Assembly (NCBI RefSeq): GCF_009914755.1
Contig: NC_060925.1
Direction: 5' to 3' (one strand)
DNA length: 64,000 nt
DNA from: the human T2T-CHM13v2.0 reference genome, Homo sapiens
Part shown: positions 17,931 through 31,900 of the stretch, in pieces
Layout: each line of letters starts with the position of its first letter
How positions within the stretch are numbered: the first letter of the stretch is position 1
Position numbers and translations under genes: made by a program
Notes under the pieces: generated by a model
What the model saw: the letters and a program-made list of their open reading frames with translations, nothing else
The model's database searches: none
Told to the model about the DNA's origin: nothing

Positions 17931-18408
17931 GGGACAAGCTTTGTAAACTTCAAAGCAGCACCAAAAAAATGGTTTTTATTAGTGTTCATTTTACTCTTAC
18001 ATATGTCTTATCACCTAAACCAGAGCCTCCAGAGGACAGAGAATGTGGCTTCCTTATGTTTATTTATCCAGAATGAGTGTTAATAGGAAGCAGCCTGGAA
18101 TTATGGGGGAAAATTAGGGCTTTAAAAATAGAAATGGAGTTAATACTGCCTCTGCCACTGAGTAGCTATGTAAGCTTGTTCAAACCACTTAATCTATTTC
18201 CTTTGTTCTAAAATGGGAAGAATATCTCACAAGGTTGTGAAGAATAGCATAAGATAATGCATGTAAAAGTGCTTGGTGTGGGGGCATAGCATATACTAGA
18301 TTCTCAATAGATATTAGAATAGAAATATTGATAAATATTTGTTGGTGGTGAACTTAATTCTTCAATAACTGGATAATAATAGCTTTATTGACCATTTCTT
18401 ATTTCTAG

Positions 18409-18761
<353 letters not shown>

Positions 18762-18879
18762 TCACAGATAAAGAATCTGAGACTAAGAAAGATTAAGTAA
18801 TTTAGACAGTTATACAGCTTGTAAATGGTGGCTTTAATCTACAAAGACTGATTTATCTTAGTCTTGTCACAAAAATGTA

Positions 18880-19220
18880 TTCATCCATCCAACAATATTT
18901 GTTGAATGTCTACTATGTTCCAGGTACTCCACTAGGCACTCGGCTGCATTGGTGAACAAGATGAACAGACTTCCTACCCTCAAAGAGCTTATATTTTAGT
19001 AAAGGACCAAAACAGCAACCAAATAGGCAAATAAATTGTGATATATTATGAACAAATGCACAACTAAGATAGAATATGGCAAAGAGCTTGGAGATTCTTT
19101 CAGGGAAGTGATCAAGAAAGCATTTGCCAAGGAATGACACTGAAGCCAAAATAAAACAGATGAGAAATAGCAAGCTGACCATTTGAAGAACATTTCAAGC
19201 AGAAGCAACAATATGCAAGT
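18880..19220 (-). mobile_element. L2 3' end
   Basis: ttcatccatccaacaatatttgttgaatgtctactatgttccagg. Confidence 0.75.
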
Positions 19221-21454
19221 TCAGTTCCAGTCCATAATATGAACTAGACAGAAACTATTTCGATATTCCATATCTCCCACTTGCGAGTCCTGCTCACTCT
19301 TTTTAGCCATGGCAAGGAAGAAAATACTGTGAGCCCGAAGCAGCTGGTAAAACCATCATTCTACCCTGAGCCCGGATCACCCCCAGCTGGGCAGCGGCCA
19401 TCTGGACATCCTCCAGCTGCAGCCACTCTTCTCCTACCAACTTCCCTTCCACGGCACTGTTCCATCTCCCAGGCCAAGCCTGTGAACTTGGCCAGATAGG
19501 TTTGGCTTTGTTTCTCAGGTAAAAACTTTTCACCCCAGCATTCCCCACACCGTCAATAATGGTGCACATTTGCAGATTGGTCTGTACGTGCATAAGCTGA
19601 GACCCTAGAGGATTGATTCAAGTCTGGGAGGGTGCCAGGTTTTCATTAAACCCCTTATAAACCAGCACTGCAGTTCTACAGGGCCACATCTGCCGAGGAA
19701 GCCATCTGTGATTCGTATCTTCGTGCTCCAACAAAACGCCAGCAGTGTGAAAAACTCTCCCCTCTGCTCTGCAGTGAACTGGAAAAGTAACATTAGTAAT
19801 CACTTTTGCAGGCTCCATAATGACATAATGGGCATTGGCTTAAGTCTTAAACCACAGCCAATAGCCCCTGCCAACAATCTGGGTGGATCCAAGCTGTCCT
19901 AAAAATATAGGTCATCACTCATGCCCTTCTCGACCTAAGAGAATAAAGATAAAGAATTTGCACTTTGAGATACAGGGAGAAAAAGTAACTAATGTTTAAT
20001 GAGTGTCTGCCAAGCATCAAGCACTTTGCAATGATGACAACCTTAAAAAGCATGCATGATTGTACTCATTTTACAGAGGAGGGGCCTAAGGTCAGAGATA
20101 CTAGATGGCTTACCCAAAGCCACACAGATCAGTGGCATGGCAGAAGGTCGAACTCAAGCCTCACAATCCCCAAAGCCTGTGAGCTTTCCACCCCAGAAGG
20201 AGAACCTTGAGGATGGCATGCAAACTAAGTGTTTGGATTTTTCTACAAAAGTAATTCAAGACTGCATTAAAAATTAAGCACAGGACAGATAGAACATCTT
20301 TCACCTGTAGTAGCCTAGATCTGGGTAAAACCACTAAGTAATAGAACTGCACATGGGTTATTTAAATCCATAATACTCACTTTGAGTTAGATGAACAGAA
20401 AGGAGCTTGCCTTCTCTGCTTAATTCTTGCTTCCTCCTCCCCCAACCCCAGCCCATCCTGTCAAAAAAAAAAAAAAGAAAGAAAGAAAAAGAAAAAGAAA
20501 AGATACTGCCTGCTCCTAATGTCTGAGCCCACACCCAAAAATAGAACCATCCAGCCGGTGTTCATTTCATTAAGAGTACCTTCCAATAGGGTGCTTGCTT
20601 GCATTTTCTGCTAAAGACCTTTGGAGGTCCCAAGCAGTCTTAAAGCGAAAAGTCCTTTTTCTTCTGAAGATGCAGGATCTCTCTGGGGCTATCCAGGACA
20701 AAAGGACGGACTCCTTAAACAAAGAGGAAACAACTGCTCCCCTCAGGAGACTGCAGACTCAGAAGCAGGGAGAAGAAGAAAAAAAAAAAAAAGCCTGGGC
20801 TTTAGGACCAAGCAGGCTGCGGTTTGAATCTTGGCTTTCCTGCCAAATCATTGTATGAACTCAGACAAATATTTACCTTTCTGAGCATCCTTATGTGGAA
20901 GAATGAATCTAATGATACCTACCATACGGGGTTACTAGGAGGAACTGAGAAGACAATACATCAAGACACAGGCACATGGTGGGTTTCAATAGAAGTTAAT
21001 TTGCTTTCCTTACCTTTTACATTTATCTTCTGTTTGGCTAAAGCTTCAAAGAAAGATTCAAAAAATGTTGAAAGGGTTGATAGTTTTCTTTTGGAAGGAT
21101 AGTTTTTGATATTTCAGATTCTGTTGGATTGTCTAAAAGATTAACTCTCAGCAGCTTTTCCTCTTTCCTCATATAAACACCTAGAAATAATTTCCTGATC
21201 CATGTCCCATTGATGCCAAAGAGCAACAGGACAAAGAGAATCAAATCATGTTTAAATCACTTAGTGGAACCCCTCTTTCGTAGATTGCCAGGTTAGCCAA
21301 AGTTTTAGTTTAAAAAAAAAAAAGTTGGGGGAAGTTGGGAAAGAAAAAGCACTGACAATGAAGGAACCCTGCTGCTCTGGGAGAATTTTAGACTTGACAA
21401 AGATTTATACAATTTAATCATCATGTCCATATTCATATGGTAACCTTTGCTGAA

Positions 21455-21850
21455 AGAACCTGGTTGGAATTCTGGCTGTATCACTTGAGCAAATTGCTCA
21501 ATGTCTCTGAACTTCAGTTTCCTCAGCTCTGAAGTGGAGACTAGAGATGATAATCACTACCTTGCAGGATGATTAGGGGATTACTAATTATATCCATACA
21601 GCTACTAGGCTCAGTGCCTAGTAGAGAGCAGGTGCTTAATAAATGGCTGTTTTATTACTCACAAAACACTCTTTTGATATCCACAACAACCCTGTAAGGT
21701 AAGAATCACTGATCCCATTTTTTTTAGATGAGGAAATGGAGATTCAGAAAAATAAAACATGACATTCAAGAACCCCCAGCCCTGGCTTGCACTGAGAGGA
21801 CCTGCAGATTTATTTGACTGCAAAGCCTGTTTTCCTTCCAGCGTGCATAC
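21455..21850. mobile_element. Tail-to-tail MIR pair
   Basis: + core tctctgaacttcagtttcctca; - core cccattttttttagatgaggaaatggag. Confidence 0.75.
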
Positions 21851-22510
21851 TGCTGCCACGTCTGTTCCTGCAGATGCAGAGAGGGGAAGATTTTAAGCAC
21901 TTTTCGTCTCCATCTGAGTTGCTTCCTCTCCTCTGACTCGTTCCTGCCTTGGCAGTCCTGGCTGCCGTCTTCTCTATGCTGCCAACATCCCCTGACCTGA
22001 CTCTTGCCGCCAGCTGAAGCTTTCACCCAGCCAAAAAGGCATTTGGGAAACCACATCCCCTTCCCTCCCCACTGCGTGCCTTTGAAGTGAGTGTGTCATT
22101 TGACCAGTACCTACTCAGGCTACAAATTCCAGACTCCTTTCCTACCTGGAGCCCTGGGTCCCCCATGGTTCAGGGCAGACATTAGGCGAGTCTACCTTAT
22201 TTTTCACAGTGCTTTATTTCAACCCAACCTGAATTTACTAGGTACCTACTCTGTGCCAGACACTAATCTTAGTTCTGGAAAGAGAGAAATGGGTAAAACA
22301 CAGGCTCTGCTTTCAAAGAATCCATGGAATATGACAGAATCTAATTTGGTTCAGTTTAAATAATTGCTAAGCACCTACCACAGGCCAGACCCTGTGCTAA
22401 ACACTAGAGAATACTAAGATAAATAAGATGTCAGTCCTCTGGGAAGAGCTTACCATTGAATGGAACAATATCCTGATTAGTGTACTAAGCAGGATATCTG
22501 GCAGGTTTTA

Positions 22511-22591
22511 CTAGGTCGGTGCAAAAGTAATTGCAGTATTTTTCCATTGAAAGTAATGGCAAAAACTGCAATTACTTTTGCACCAACCTAA
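22511..22591. mobile_element. MADE1 (Hsmar1-derived mariner MITE), miR-548-family-type hairpin
   Basis: ctaggtcggtgcaaaagtaattgc...gcaattacttttgcaccaacctaa, ~80-bp palindrome with TA TSD (22509-10, 22592-93). Confidence 0.97.
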
Positions 22592-24017
22592 TACAACCTG
22601 CCAGATATCCATAACCTACTATGGGTTTCACACTGTGCTTCATAGGCATTCTCTTTAGTCCTCAGAATAAAATAACTTTTGAGATAAATGTTTGAAAGGG
22701 CAGAAAAATTCCTCTGTCCAAAACTAATCATGATGATGAGGATTCTAGATTTTAGGTCTGCTTTTTGTCTCAAAAGCTGCTGGTTTCTTGGCAGGATGGT
22801 AGCAGATCTATTTTCCTATTATTACCTCACATTTGAATGGTGTACAAGGATTTTCCAAAGCATATCCCTCCATTATCTCATCTGAGCACCAACATATCTA
22901 TCCTGAATAGTGTAGGGTTTTCTGGGAGGCCCAGAGAGGGCCACGAGTCAGGGAAAAGTGGACGAGCAGCAACAAACCCTGCAAGGGCATTTAACCCTTA
23001 CAACACCCTGTAAAGGAGGTCACATATTTCCCTCTCCCCATTTTATACTTGAGGAAACTGATGCTCAGAGCAGCTCTCCCAAGTTCATAGTGCTAGTCAA
23101 AAGAAATCCTTTGTTTGAACTCAAGTCCTACAGCAGCAGTACCTCTGACAGCTGGGTCTGTCCTCGAGACAAACCAACACTCTCATCACTGAGCTGGGAT
23201 TTCAAGCATGACTTTGTGGGACCTCAGTTCAAGCACGCTCCTTTGCCTGTATGACTTTCGGGGACTCACCCAGTTTCTCTGGGCCTCAGTTTTTCATTTG
23301 TCAAGAGGCCATGCTAACCTCTGCCATCTGCATCATAGGTTCTGTGAGGGGCTGGTGAGATGCAAAATAAAAGGGAGAAAGACTTTGGAGGAGTTATAAA
23401 TGTGAGAGATCATTGTTAATAATAGGTCTTCCAACATGTTACTATGGAATCAGAGGTTCAGGAGACAAATGCAGACAGGCCAAGATCCCCTCTGGGAACC
23501 CTGCCCTGAAACCAGGACCTGCTCCTTAAAGGACTCCCAGCAAGGCCCACTCCCAGCACCAAACACCCTGCCCTGATGATTTGCCTGGCTCTGCCCCTTC
23601 AGCCAGGCTCAACTAGCAGACCCGGGAGGGGAGGGGCTTTCACAGAAACAGATGGATCTGGTCACAGGGTGACAGCGTCCATGCCAAGAGCCCACTTTGT
23701 TTTAATGAATGACACCAAACATTTAAGCCATAAACTCTTCAGATTGCTGTGTCTGGCAGTAATTACATGCCTCCTATTAATAAATCCTATTTCTGAATGG
23801 TTTACTGCATCCCTTTCTGCAAACACTGCAGGCTGAAACCTGTCAGATGGAGCCAGAGGCCGACTTGTGGAGAGAAGGCAAATAAAGTGGGATGGCTTTC
23901 TGGACCTAAAAGGGTGACAGCCACAGGAGGAAAAAAGCAACAGGATGTCCTCCAGCGCCCAGGTCCCCAGAAAGCAGGGGTGTGCCTACCACCCTCACAT
24001 TCGACCAATCTGACTCA

Positions 24018-24121
24018 TAGATTCTGACCCCATAATTTATCTTGATGCCATCTCTATTGTCACTGAATCCTGTAGATTCTGACCCCCTAATTTATCTTGA
24101 AGCCATCTCTATTGCCATTGA
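24018..24121. repeat. 55-bp tandem duplication
   Basis: tagattctgacccc(a/c)taatttatcttga(t/a)gccatctctattg.. at 24018 and 24073. Confidence 0.95.
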
Positions 24122-25150
24122 CTTTGTTGGAAATCCATGAGCTTCACCTGGAATATAGTGACTGTCATCCCAACCATCCTCCACATGCTGCCAGGGAGAT
24201 CTTCCCAACATAAACGAGTGACCATGTCACTCTCCTGTGTGAAAACTCCACAGCAGTCCTCAGCACTCCAGGGCAAAGTCCAAACACTTCTGCACTCAAG
24301 GTCCTTCAGGATTTGAATTCTGCTACCTGCCCCCATTCATTTTCCAGAAATTACCCTTTCTACTACACTTTGCCACAGTGGTTTTCAAAGTGTGGTGCTT
24401 GGACCATCAGCAGCAGCATCACTTGTGAACCTTAGAGAAATGTGCACTCTCAGGCCCCATCCAGAGCTACTGATTCAGAAACTCTGACATGGAGCCCAGT
24501 GATCTGTTTTTGTTGTGGAGGTTGTTATTGTTGTTGTTTTTTAACAAACCTTGCAGGTGATTTGATGTGTGCTAGAGTTTGAAAAATGCCTCTTGCCCAG
24601 TTTTTCTGAAACATTAACATGCATAGGAACTACCTGGGGATCTTATTACAATGTAGATTCTGACTTAGTTGGGCCAGAGGAGAACACCAGATTCTGTTGT
24701 TCAGCAAGTGTCCAGGCAAAGTCAATGCTGCTGGTCCACTTATCAAACCTTGAGTAACAAAGCTCTGAAGACAGTTAATTGCAAACTCCTTGCCATTTCT
24801 CAAGCACACTTACTACTCCTTGTTTCATGCCTTTGTGGATGCTGTTCCCCCCATCTTCTTTCTTTCCTCTCTTTCTCACCTCCCTTATCCATCAAATAAT
24901 TCTATCATGTATCAGAAGTCAGCATAAAGAGCCTCTGTATGCTTCCTTAACCTCCTTCTGCTGCCACATGACTTTGCCCACACACCCCCAACCAGAACAC
25001 TGATCCCACTACACTATTGGTCTGTCTGTGCTTCCTCACCCACAAGGAACAGGACCATCACTCTACCTCTTGTATCTCTGTAACCATAGTACCAACACAG
25101 TGCCTGGCATGGGAACAATGGACAGTGAGTGAATGAATGAATGAATGCAT
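24100..25150 (+). mobile_element. L2 interrupted by two MER5-family MITEs (~24377-24592, ~24598-24765)
   Basis: cagtggttttcaaagtgtgg..cagcagcatcacttg (MER5A); L2 3' end cacagtgcctggca..(tgaa)n. Confidence 0.75.
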
Positions 25151-25524
25151 TAGTCTGTGGATGAATGAATGAATGAATCCTTAACAAACAGTTCTACAGG
25201 TGGGTAGACTAGCAAACGAAGTATTTGTGAGTGGAGCTGTGCCCTCACTAGCAACCTGATTTCTCCCAGGGGACTTTTGTTGACTGCTAGGTTGCTTTTA
25301 AAGCAGGTAACAGCAAACTCTTGTTTTCTAAACCAAACCAACTGCCTAATCCTAGAAGACACAAAACATAGAGGTGGTCTCCCTGAGCCAGGAACCCCAG
25401 AGAAAATTTCTAAGAGGAAATATTCAAACAGCAAGTATACACATATAGGTTTCTCAGATAGGAAGACTCTACATACTGAAATTTCACAAAGACAGCTCCT
25501 TTATTTATTACGGTATGTATTACC

Positions 25525-26620
25525 TCCACAAACATTCATCGAATGTTGACTATACAACAAACGCTGTTAAGAAGTAGGGATGTAAGGTAAGCTGGATATT
25601 GTTCTTGTCTCTAAGAGGTCAGTTCAGTGGGGGAAGTAGATATGAAAACAGATCAGGACCATGCAGAATGGCAAAGGCTGCAACTTGGGTGTGCACAGAT
25701 CATGGGACAGATGCTTTTAATTTTGCTAGGAAAGATGGGAACAAGCACCAAAGAGAAGATAATATTTGAACTGAGTCTTGAAAGATGAGTTTGTTTCTCA
25801 GGAGGAAAATAGGGGAGAAGGATACTTCTGGCAAGGGAACAGTACACGCAAATGAGCAGCAGCCAGGAAGAGTGCTGGACCTGGCAGAAGCTGCAAGAAT
25901 CGGACATAGTTAAGTGTATGTGGGTTGGGATGGGGGTTGACATTGGGAAGTTGAGCAGAACCAGATCGGTCATTTAGCAAACATTCACTGAGTATCTATT
26001 ATGTGCTTGGCACTGAGGGAGGCCCTGGTGACACAGACAACAGTAAATAACATAGAAATGGTTTCTGCTTTCCTGAAGCTGAGCATTCACAGCGGGGTTG
26101 GGGTAGTAGGGGGGAAAAACACATAAATAAAACATTTGCCCATTTTGATGTGTAAGGAGCTGAGCCAGAAAAATAGTGAGAGCTTTAACTTTAGATAAAG
26201 TGTCCAGGGAAATGCTTTCAGAGGCAAACTTAGAAGAAGGAGAAAGGAATGGGAGAGAGAAGAGTATCCACAGCAGAGAGAAAAGATTGGGTAAGCCTCT
26301 GAGATGGGTGAAAATGTGGCAAACTCAGAAAACCGAAAGTGGATGAAATTAATGAGTGAAAGGAAAATGATGCAATTTGACAAGAGATCAGAAGGGGAGA
26401 CAGGTGAAGCCACTTGGGCTTGCAAGCCATGGTGGGTGTCTGCATCAATGCTAAGTGCTATGGGAGCCTTTGGAGGCCTCATCAGCAGGGCAGTAACGTG
26501 ACCTAATTTGTTTGAGGAATTTTCAGCTCCCTTTTATTTATTTTTTTCTAAAAGGTAACTCTATTAATAGTTCCTTTACAGAAAATGAATTGGAAGGAGA
26601 CTGAAGGCAGGTCCTCACTT
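25525..26620 (-). mobile_element. L2 fragments
   Basis: caaacattcactgagtatctattatgtgc; atttgaactgagtcttgaaagatgagt; tgggagcctttggagg. Confidence 0.65.
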
Positions 26621-27341
26621 AAAAAGGAGGCTATATAATGGTTCTGCCAAGAAAAAAAGCCAGGGCTAGAACTAATATGGTGGCACTAAGGATGAAAATT
26701 CACTGGACTCTCTCCCTTAGGAAAATTCTGCACTGGAAGCTCCCCAAAAGGGACTTCCTAAACTTAAAGTAAATAGACAGCAATTTCTCTTCCAAGAGGT
26801 ATCCAGTGAAAAAAGCACCTTTTCTTTTTGCAACATGCATACCAGCAGCCCGAATTCTGGGTTGGGGCACCCACAGATCCATCCTTCATCTGGCTCAAAG
26901 CATGAGGACGCTCCACAGTTGCCATATTCCTGGCCAACATATGCACTGCTTCTGGCAGGCACTGAAATAGGCAAAGGTAGCTCATATATTTTCCACCTTG
27001 CCACTGTTGGGCTGCCATAGAGAATGACCTGGGCTAAGTTTCCTGGAAACTGCCCAGCCAGGTGTTCCATCAAGCTGAACTGCTGAGCAATTAGAATCTG
27101 TGGAATATTGGGGTAGGGGCTGGTTCCACAAAGAAGATGGCGGGTTTCACACAGCAGGCATGCATCTGCTTCGGTTTCCTAAATCCTCTGGAACACCTGT
27201 GCTACGAAAAGCACATCTTGACATTTAGTAGCATTTTAGGAAGGGGATTTTTTTTTAACCGAGGCTTTTAGACCTTTAGACAAATTCTAATCTTAGATCT
27301 AAAATATCTCCAACGATAATTTAATTCAACCCGATTTTTGA

Positions 27342-27906
<565 letters not shown>

Positions 27907-28649
27907 TAAAACATACATACCTGCAGCATTTTTAAATGGAGGGCTTGGCTTGTTCAGAATCTTGAATATAATCATGGCCTCTGCGATATTCTGAACTCCT
28001 AAGAGCAGGGGAACTGCTTATTTATCTCGACATACCTAGTCGAGGAAATGGGCAGAGAGTAGACTACCAGTTAATGAAGGAATGCATCTTATGCTTGTTT
28101 GAGGATTGTTCAAACAATCCTGATATTGAGTGCAGATAGTTCCAAGCAGCTCTGCTTTCATGGTGGGACTCAACGGAGACTCTGCCAGTAGTGGGTGGGT
28201 GGCGATGATTGTTTTTCCCTGGCTGGTCAATTGCCTTTTCAGGTGGTCTTTATTAAGCCATCAATCTTTTAACCCTGACAGTCACTGTGACCCAGTGCAG
28301 CTCAGGAAAGGAATCTTTCTTAATTACTAGCCCTTTCTTGCTCCCTGGAGATCCTTGAGTACTGCACCAGCTGGAACTGATGGATGTAGTCTGGTTCTAC
28401 CAGCAACTGAAGTATCTTATTTGCTCAAACCTGAGGGCTTAGCTTGCAATCCTGGCGCATTGAGAGGTGAGACTGGCAAGCCACCTACGTTTTATGTCTC
28501 CAGGAAAAGACCTCTTTGCTCCAGCATTTGGAGTGTTGCTGAGGGGTTAATAACACAGACTTCAGAGTCAGACCCATAGAGCTTGGATTTCCATCTCTGC
28601 TACTCACTGTGAAGCAAATGGCTTGACTCCCCTTGCTTTGATTTTTCTC

Positions 28650-29830
28650 ATGGGTCGTAGGTTTCCCTCACCTGTGCCATGTTGAAATGCTACCAGCTTA
28701 GTCCTCGGGCCACTTCTCTGTTCTGTCTGTACTCATTTCCTTGGCGATCTTACCCATGGCCTTAAATATTATTTATATGACAAACACTAGTTATATGCAA
28801 AAGGCTTCCAAATGTTTAGCCCAGACCTCTCCCCAAAACCCTAAGCTCTGATATTTAAGTACATACCTAACATCTCAACTGGACCATTAACAGACATCTC
28901 AAATTTAACATGCCCCAACCAAACTCTTGATTCCTGCTCCACCCTGTGTTCCCCATCTTAGAAAATGGCAACTCCTATGCCACCAGTTACTCAGGTCTAA
29001 AACCATCATACTGTATTTACACCCCCACCTTCCAGTCCGTCAGCAAAGCCTGCCAGCTCTACCTTCCCCAACCTGACCTCTTCGTGCCACCCACCCCATT
29101 AGCACCGAGATCCACATTCCCATTATCCCTTGCTTAGATTACTACAACAGTCACCTCGCTGGTCTCCCTGCTTCCACACCCTCACCCTTAAAGACTTTTC
29201 TCATGCAGCAGCCATAGTGACACTTTGCAAAGTCAGATCATGTGTCACTTCTCTACTTCTTATTTCCCTCAGTAAAAGCTAAAGAACTCACAATGCCCTG
29301 CAGGGCCCTACTAAATATTTTCTCCCACAGCCAGTACTTCTTCTCTCACCTCTTCTCCCACTGCACTCCCTGTCACTCACTCCATCCCAACCACAATGCC
29401 CTCCTTGTGCCTCCAACCAGTGCGTTCCCACCTCCGAGCCCTTGCAGATGCAGGGCCTACTGCCCAGAGCGTGCCTCCGTGGGTTATCAGCATGGCTCAC
29501 TCTCTCACTAATTTCAGGTCTCTGCTCGGATTTACACTACTGGAGGCCTCCTCTGATCTGCCTTTCACAGAAACAGATGGATCTGTATAATAGCAGCCTC
29601 CCCCGTTCTGCTCCGCTATCTTCCATGTCCTGCTCTCTCCTCCCTCATAATCTTACCACCCCTTGAAATAGTCATTCACTTACTTGTCACCTGTCTCCTT
29701 CAACCTGAATGTAAGCTCCATGAGAACAGGGGCTTTGCTCTGTTCACCAACATCTGTGCCTCCAACATTCTGAAATAGTGCCTCGCACGCAGGAGGTGCT
29801 TTATAAATATTTGTTGAATGAATAAATGAA
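28650..29830 (+). mobile_element. L2a-like, ~1.2 kb 3' portion, inserted into a MIR
   Basis: acatctcaaatttaacatg..aaatggcaactcc..gaatgtaagctccatgag..taaatatttgttgaatgaataaatgaa; MIR halves on either side. Confidence 0.85.
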
Positions 29831-30849
29831 TCCATAAAATGGAGGGTAATAATTTATCTAGTAGGATGGCAGACAGATTAGATGGGATGGCCTGTGTAAA
29901 TCATCTTGCATACTTTGTAGGCTATCCTTCTCCCAGAGGAGCTTCCAACACAACTGCAGGTCATGATCAGTGCTAGGGTGAAATCACCATTGCAACCCCT
30001 TATGTAATAAGAGCTGCCATATATGAGGTGCCTTCTTTGAGCCAGTTCCTGGACTAAGCTTTTACCTTCTCTCTACCATTTATTCCCATGGCAAATCTAC
30101 AAAATAGGCATTATTATTTCTACTTTTACAGATACAGTAACTGAAGTTTGGAAAGATTGGAGAATCTAGAGTGGTTAAATGTATACAAACGAGTTTATCA
30201 TATAATAAGCACATAAGTGTTCCATCCAAAATTCTGCCTCTGACAAGGAATTTAGGAGCTGGTGGCCTGCTGAGCCTCATTAGAACCCATCTATCCCTAT
30301 AGACCAAATTTTTAAAAGGCTAAGAAGAAATGAAGGAGACATAAGAACAGAATGAGGCTCCCCTTTCATAAATTGAGCCTATGAAGAGAGCTGCCCTTGA
30401 AACTTTAATTTTTCAATAATGGAAGTCAATAATAGAAGTGTTGAGATCAGTCCGACATGAACTTTTTTTTATCACTTTTTTGGAGAATATCTACTAGATT
30501 ACACAGATCTTCTTCAAAGAAGTCACGATGACTATGAGCACACACATGAGATTTATCTTGTGTTTGTCCTTCCAGATCTAGCCAAGTTGCCCTCTGCCAG
30601 TCAGAAGCACATGATAACAAATAGAGTCAGGTTTGAAAAAAGACACAGAAATAACTGTGGCCAACTGTGTGGCTTGGTTCAGATTCCATAAGGACTCCCA
30701 TAGGACCTTGAAGATGTGACCCAAGGTCTCAAGTCTCTTAAGCAATTCTGAATAAGGAAGTGCAAACAACTACAAGATCAAAGGCATTTGAGCTGTGAGA
30801 GAGAGTGACAGGGAAATGGAAGGAAGGAAGAGCAAGAAATTCATGGTTA

Positions 30850-31900
30850 AGAGAAGAAAGCTCAAAAGAGACACTATTATATAGAGGTGTATGTGTGTTA
30901 TATTTTCTATACAAAGAGGGAGAGAGTATACAATGAAATGTTAAAGGATTGTCTGAATGGTGGAAATATGGCTGATTTTTATTTCTTTGTCCTTATTTTT
31001 ATTTTTTTCTGCAATGAACATACTTTATTTGTGTAATAAAAAGGAAAAAGAAGATATTAACCAGAGGATGGCAAGACTCACCACTTTCTGGACAGCACTG
31101 AAACAGGTTCCAAGTATTCTACCAATGACTCCTGCCTCCCCTCTGTTTGTTTAGGCTGGGGGTGGCCTTTCTTCCAGTTTTCTAGGCTCAAAAATCTCCT
31201 GGTCTGCAAGTTTACCCCCTCTTTGCCCCGTTATGTACTTCATTTATCCTAACATGCAAATGTTTGTTTTGAAAAAATTACACTCACCAAAAAGTTTTTT
31301 AAATCATGAAAGAGGGACCTCATGTGAGAGAAAATGATCAATCCCAATAATAAGTAAAAAGATGCAAATTAAAATTCACACAGTCTACCATATTTCCCTA
31401 ATAAATTTAACAAAAAAATAAAAATAAAAACACACAATGCTGGCAAGGATGTAATTAAATTCATAGCCTCCTGCGTTGTTCAGGATACTATAAATGTGTT
31501 CAACCCTGTGGGAAAAGCAAATTGGCAATATGAATGAAGAGCCATGAAATTGGCCACTCTATTTCATTCAGTAATTCAACCTCAGGAAATGCATCTTTAA
31601 AACATAATAAGAGTTGCTGTCAAAGATTTCTGTCCCAAGATGTTCATATTAGCAGAAAAAAATAGTTCTAATATACCCACTTAATGAAATATTAAACCAC
31701 CATTTAAAACTATAGTCATGAAGACAAGAAGCAATATGCTCCTGATATATATAAATGCACACCATGATTGTAATTACATATAAGTAGAGAGTAAAATAAT
31801 CTAAAACACTCTCAAAGAAAACGCACCAACATAAATTGAATATAAGAGAACCGTAGAGATGGAAATCTTTTTTGAATTTTCTATAATGAGAGCATGTTTC
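30850..31900 (+). mobile_element. Old L1ME-like fragments
   Basis: gatgcaaattaaaa..tgctggcaaggatgt..caaattggcaatat..caagatgttcat. Confidence 0.6.
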
